Below, piece by piece: positions 34,668-38,019 of a DNA stretch of 38,019 nucleotides (position 1 is its first letter; each line of letters begins with the position of its first letter). The DNA is from an uncultured virus (IMG/VR IMGVR_UViG_2061766007_000422). Its lineage: Duplodnaviria > Heunggongvirae > Uroviricota > Caudoviricetes. The position numbers and the translations under genes were made by a program. Below the pieces are notes generated by a model. The model ran no database searches. It was not told where the DNA came from and was given only the letters and a program-made list of their open reading frames with translations. Location: the IMG/VR virus record IMGVR_UViG_2061766007_000422. One strand, written 5' to 3'.

Positions 34668-34971
34668 ATTTCTTTCTCCCCACATAAATCGTGCCAGTAT
34701 AGACAATGGAATTGTCATACTTATCAACATTTCTAGTAATGGAGAGCAAATGATTATCAGTAAGACCAGATAATATTTTTTGCTCTATTTGCGGCCGCAC
34801 CATACATTCATTATAGCCCACAATTTTATCAAGACGCGGGTCAACAATTACTGATGCTTTAAGTGGCACCATACTATATTCTTCACGCACAAATTGTATA
34901 GTTGCTGTCTCAAGTCTTGGTCTTTCAACCTTACTCTTCCAAACCCATTTTGGACGGCTGTTCTTCCACAT
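34642..34971 (-). CDS. hypothetical protein
   Basis: GTG after AAGGAG RBS, downstream of the promoter at 35001-35029. Confidence 0.7.
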   Translation of the reverse strand: MWKNSRPKWVWKSKVERPRLETATIQFVREEYSMVPLKASVIVDPRLDKIVGYNECMVRPQIEQKILSGLTDNHLLSITRNVDKYDNSIVYTGTIYVGRKKYDTMSDMR

Positions 34972-35194
34972 TTTGCTCTCCTTTTATGTTTTCTAAATTT
35001 ATTATATCATAAATTTGGTCCAAAGTCAAATATCCGTTTTCATAATCGCGGAAAAGGTCGCCAAGAACAGTCTCATAGTTTGCAAATAGACCACCACAAA
35101 AAGGACAGAAAGCACGTAAATGGTGCATTTCTAGGCGGCAATTGCCGCAAATAAGTTTGTGATTTTTGTAAGCAATATAAGTTGTGATATTCAT
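34931..35194 (-). CDS. zinc-ribbon protein
   Basis: CGNC...FCPFCG; GGAG RBS. Confidence 0.75.
   Translation of the reverse strand: MNITTYIAYKNHKLICGNCRLEMHHLRAFCPFCGGLFANYETVLGDLFRDYENGYLTLDQIYDIINLENIKGEQNVEEQPSKMGLEE
35001..35029 (-). promoter_or_regulatory. sigma-A-type promoter embedded in a coding sequence
   Basis: TTGACT-N17-TATAAT with TG, encodes LTLDQIYDII. Confidence 0.75.
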
Positions 35195-35376
35195 TTCTCA
35201 AATGACTCCTCTATCCAATCGCGCAATCCTTTAAAGCCGCGATGTGATTTTATACAAAATTTGTAGATATTATAAATACTTCCAAGTCCAAACCAGATTC
35301 CTATTAAAGCAATAAAAGCAATCATAACAACATCGCCAACGCTGGCGGCATTGTAACAAAAAATAAAATAATCCAA
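35191..35376 (-). CDS. small membrane protein (start uncertain)
   Basis: Hydrophobic IAFIALIGIWFGLG segment. Confidence 0.55.
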   Translation of the reverse strand: MDYFIFCYNAASVGDVVMIAFIALIGIWFGLGSIYNIYKFCIKSHRGFKGLRDWIEESFEK

Positions 35377-35428
35377 AATAAAGTTTTTAATATCATTATT
35401 ATTACCTCCCGCGGCGACCGCTATAATT

Positions 35429-35644
35429 TTAAGTGGGAGAGTTAGAAGTAGTTTCTTCTATTTTATTTTCTACTGCCGGGCGCCAACTTGCTTCGCGCAC
35501 GCCTGTATCAATTTTCTCATTACAAAGAGGACAATAGCAATATCTTTCTTCATAAAAATCCTTATGAGGGTCAGGCGCGAGTAGGGCGTAGCATTGCGGA
35601 CAAATGACTACAATGCCGGGGTAGGTTTCTGAATAGATTTTCAT
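35429..35644 (-). CDS. zinc-ribbon protein
   Basis: CPQC...CYCPLC. Confidence 0.75.
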   Translation of the reverse strand: MKIYSETYPGIVVICPQCYALLAPDPHKDFYEERYCYCPLCNEKIDTGVREASWRPAVENKIEETTSNSPT

Positions 35645-35693
35645 AATGTAATTTCCTTAAAATAAAAGAGTAGATTTTTTCTTATCTACTCTA

Positions 35694-35722
35694 ATTTTAT
35701 CATAATTTTCTAAAAAAGTCAA
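35694..35722 (-). promoter_or_regulatory. sigma-A-type promoter
   Basis: TTGACT-N17-TAAAAT with TG. Confidence 0.75.
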
Positions 35723-35730
35723 ATAATAAA

Positions 35731-35970
35731 TTAAAAATCAAATTCGCGGCCGCAACCAGGACAAAATCGCGGCAAACGAGTATCTTTATAAACTGTTATC
35801 TCGCCGCCACAATGCGCGCACTGTAGAATTTGTTTTTCGTTGTCTTCTTCTACGACATTGTATTCTGTATAATCATATTTTGCGCAAAACATACTTACTA
35901 CTACAAAAATAAGAGTAAAGATAGAAAAACCACAGAAAAATCCAATAATCAATTCAAAATGCTCGTACAT
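35731..35970 (-). CDS. membrane-anchored zinc-ribbon protein
   Basis: N-terminal TM segment, CAHCG...FCPGCG. Confidence 0.75.
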   Translation of the reverse strand: MYEHFELIIGFFCGFSIFTLIFVVVSMFCAKYDYTEYNVVEEDNEKQILQCAHCGGEITVYKDTRLPRFCPGCGREFDF

Positions 35971-35973
35971 ACT

Positions 35974-36459
35974 CTAATCCCAAAGCGCCTTTAATGGAGT
36001 TTCCGCTAAAAGCTTCAAGGCCTCCTCTATCATAACGTCTTGCTCTTCCGCAAGCTCTTGGTCACGCTTAAAATATTTTTGCCAAATTTCATCACGTTCT
36101 GTTCCCGCTTTTAATTTTGCCGCGTATTCCTTCCAATATTCATTTTTTCCATCGCGCACTTCTTCTCGCGCATTTAAAAGCAAATTGGCAATACTGTGAA
36201 GATGGTCAGACCAAGATTCTGGGGTAGGAAACTTATCATTACCTGGATAACCTTGCCCATTATCAGCTAGGTAAATTAGCATTTGGGGCATAACCTCAAG
36301 AAACCAATACCCAAGTTCCCAACAATCACAATGACACCAACCTTTTGTGGCGCGGCGCCAAGCTGCCTTAAAAATTGATATAGTTTCGCGCCACCATTTT
36401 AGTGGATGACGCAAATAATAGCGCCATCTCCATTCATAGTGAAAAACATTTAAATTCAT
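35974..36459 (-). CDS. Trp-rich hypothetical phage protein
   Basis: W.RA.KGW...D.W..GYP...W...L; ends LWD. Confidence 0.8.
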   Translation of the reverse strand: MNLNVFHYEWRWRYYLRHPLKWWRETISIFKAAWRRATKGWCHCDCWELGYWFLEVMPQMLIYLADNGQGYPGNDKFPTPESWSDHLHSIANLLLNAREEVRDGKNEYWKEYAAKLKAGTERDEIWQKYFKRDQELAEEQDVMIEEALKLLAETPLKALWD

Positions 36460-36686
36460 ACATAAACTCCTTTTAACACCTTACAAAATTGTATTGCTTC
36501 TTCTAAATTATCATACAAATGATACTTTACAAACTCATCATCTAACGGTTCTTCATCAAATCGCGGCCGACCCCATTCAAATTTATGGACTTCGCGCACA
36601 CACCATAATCTTTCATTATATTCAAAAATATATTTTACATCTTTATTTTTATCATAGGGCGAATACACATCAATAATATACCACAT
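36456..36686 (-). CDS. hypothetical protein
   Basis: GAGGTG RBS, downstream of a promoter. Confidence 0.75.
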   Translation of the reverse strand: MWYIIDVYSPYDKNKDVKYIFEYNERLWCVREVHKFEWGRPRFDEEPLDDEFVKYHLYDNLEEAIQFCKVLKGVYV

Positions 36687-36705
36687 TTTCTCACCTCACC
36701 TATAT

Positions 36706-36735
36706 ATTATAACATAGGTGAGCTAGAAAAGTCAA
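36706..36735 (-). promoter_or_regulatory. sigma-A-type promoter
   Basis: TTGACT-N18-TATAAT with TG. Confidence 0.7.
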
Positions 36736-36743
36736 ATATTAAA

Positions 36744-36952
36744 TTACTCCACTTCAAGAATGACGTCTAAATAGTCGGGTTCAACGCAAAGTTGGCTTGC
36801 TAAAATATCAACTGCCAATTCATACAATTCGGCTGGATTGTGATAGTGGGGGTCTTCTAGCAAAGTGGCAATCTCTTCGGCGCAATCGTCAACTGCTTCC
36901 TGTGCCTCTTCCAAACTGATATTGTCTCTGCGCGCAATCATAGCAATAAGTT
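36744..36952 (-). CDS. acidic helical protein (5' end in the N gap)
   Basis: IA.RDNISLEEA...L..EPDYL motif. Confidence 0.7.
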
Positions 36953-37168
36953 NNNNNNNNNNNNNNNNNNNNNNNNNNNNNNNNNNNNNNNNNNNNNNNN
37001 NNNNNNNNNNNNNNNNNNNNNNNNNNNNNNNNNNNNNNNNNNNNNNNNNNNNNNNNNNNNNNNNNNNNNNNNNNNNNNNNNNNNNNNNNNNNNNNNNNNN
37101 NNNNNNNCGCAGTATTCTTTTTGGGCAAGGAGGGAAATTTGGCGCGAAGCGCCATAATTTTCCTCCCA

Positions 37169-37774
37169 TTACAGTTCTTCTTCATCATCATAATAGCTAT
37201 CGTGATATCCCGCAAAATCTATAATAATAAGTTTTCCCGCGATATATCCTACATTGTTACTATGAATGTCATTTATATCATAGCGCAAGCAAAAATCGTT
37301 TAAAGCCGCAAACTTTTCTTCTCCCCAAAAATGTAGTAGGTCAGCCGCGATGCTTTCACTTCTTTCCTTTAAAGGGCTATATTTATAGGGGGCTAGGCGC
37401 GAATGCTCTTCTTCACTAACATTATGGCGCGAATATCTACAATCTGCTTTTTGAAATGCATACAATGCTATACACCAATCACCAACATTCACATTACCGA
37501 TATAAGCACATTCTGGAAAACAGCATTCAATGTCTAATTCTCGCGCGTATTGATACAATTCGCATTCTCTATCGCAATATTCGTGTGCATCAATATCAAA
37601 TTTTACAACCCAATCATAGGCTTCGTCAACAATTGCGCACCTACTAGCGCCTGCCACCATTTTGATACCATTTGGTAGCGCAACCACATCATCATTGTAG
37701 GGGTCTGTAATGTATTCAGGGGGTATTCGCGCGATGACTTCACTAAAATGATTGTAAATGGCGCCAATGTCCAT
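37169..37774 (-). CDS. protein-kinase-like (atypical/APH-type) protein
   Basis: GASR Gly loop, VVKF, E..LY, catalytic-loop-like DIHSNNVG, metal-binding IIIDFAG. Confidence 0.7.
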   Translation of the reverse strand: MDIGAIYNHFSEVIARIPPEYITDPYNDDVVALPNGIKMVAGASRCAIVDEAYDWVVKFDIDAHEYCDRECELYQYARELDIECCFPECAYIGNVNVGDWCIALYAFQKADCRYSRHNVSEEEHSRLAPYKYSPLKERSESIAADLLHFWGEEKFAALNDFCLRYDINDIHSNNVGYIAGKLIIIDFAGYHDSYYDDEEEL

Positions 37775-37806
37775 AATTTTTCTATTCCTTTCTTTTTTCT
37801 AAATAT

Positions 37807-37835
37807 ATTATATCATAAAAACTGAAAAAAGTCAA
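37807..37835 (-). promoter_or_regulatory. sigma-A-type promoter
   Basis: TTGACT-N17-TATAAT with TG. Confidence 0.85.
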
Positions 37836-38019
37836 ATAATTAAATAGGGTGGGGTTTTAGGCACATTACATCTATGATACATTAAAAGAAACGAGTAGAG
37901 AATGAAAAATGAAATTTCAAGAGGGGTGGGGTTGTAGGCTAGGATGGCCAAGACCGTGTAGTAAAAAATTGGGGTAAAAATAGGGCAAAATCCTAATGAA
38001 ATTAGGATTGCGTTAAATT

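Noticed and set aside
36953..37215. ORFs spanning the long N run
   Set aside because: Frames are open only because of Ns
495..37647. Plus-strand ORFs other than 9900-10559
   Set aside because: They are antisense shadows of well-supported minus-strand genes
1..38019. CRISPR array
   Set aside because: No regularly spaced identical repeats with unique spacers; the repeated elements are promoters and RNA stems

Overview
A 38-kb gapped scaffold from a large tailed phage with a probable Bacillota (Clostridia-like) host. The host call is inferred from sigma-A-type promoters and GGAGG-type ribosome-binding sites. Almost everything is on the minus strand, and the standard genetic code fits. 1-9.7 kb is an RNA-rich island: nine tRNA genes plus an atypical tRNA-Met-like gene, four free-standing GIY-YIG endonucleases, and many structured non-coding elements. 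These include a circularly permuted tRNA module of the YrlA/Y-RNA type, a family of short stem-(A/G)CAGCAA RNAs, a tRNA-Leu with a 44-nt anticodon-loop insertion, pseudoknots directly behind tRNAs, two CCA-ended non-cloverleaf RNAs, a ~500-nt candidate large ncRNA and a conserved RBS-sequestering leader on two endonuclease genes. 9.9-11 kb holds a transglutaminase-like gene and a Zn-deaminase gene. 11-29.5 kb is a lysis/tail-fibre module: a PG-binding + C39-like peptidase endolysin split by a group I intron that carries a PD-(D/E)xK-type endonuclease, several mosaic fibre proteins and a BspA/DUF285-like LRR protein. 29.5-33.7 kb is a cassette of ferritin-like, Cys/Gly-rich and Gln-rich small proteins, interrupted by a spare fibre-tip gene. 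33.7-38 kb contains small early-type genes and a kinase-like gene. All calls were made by eye; no searches were run.
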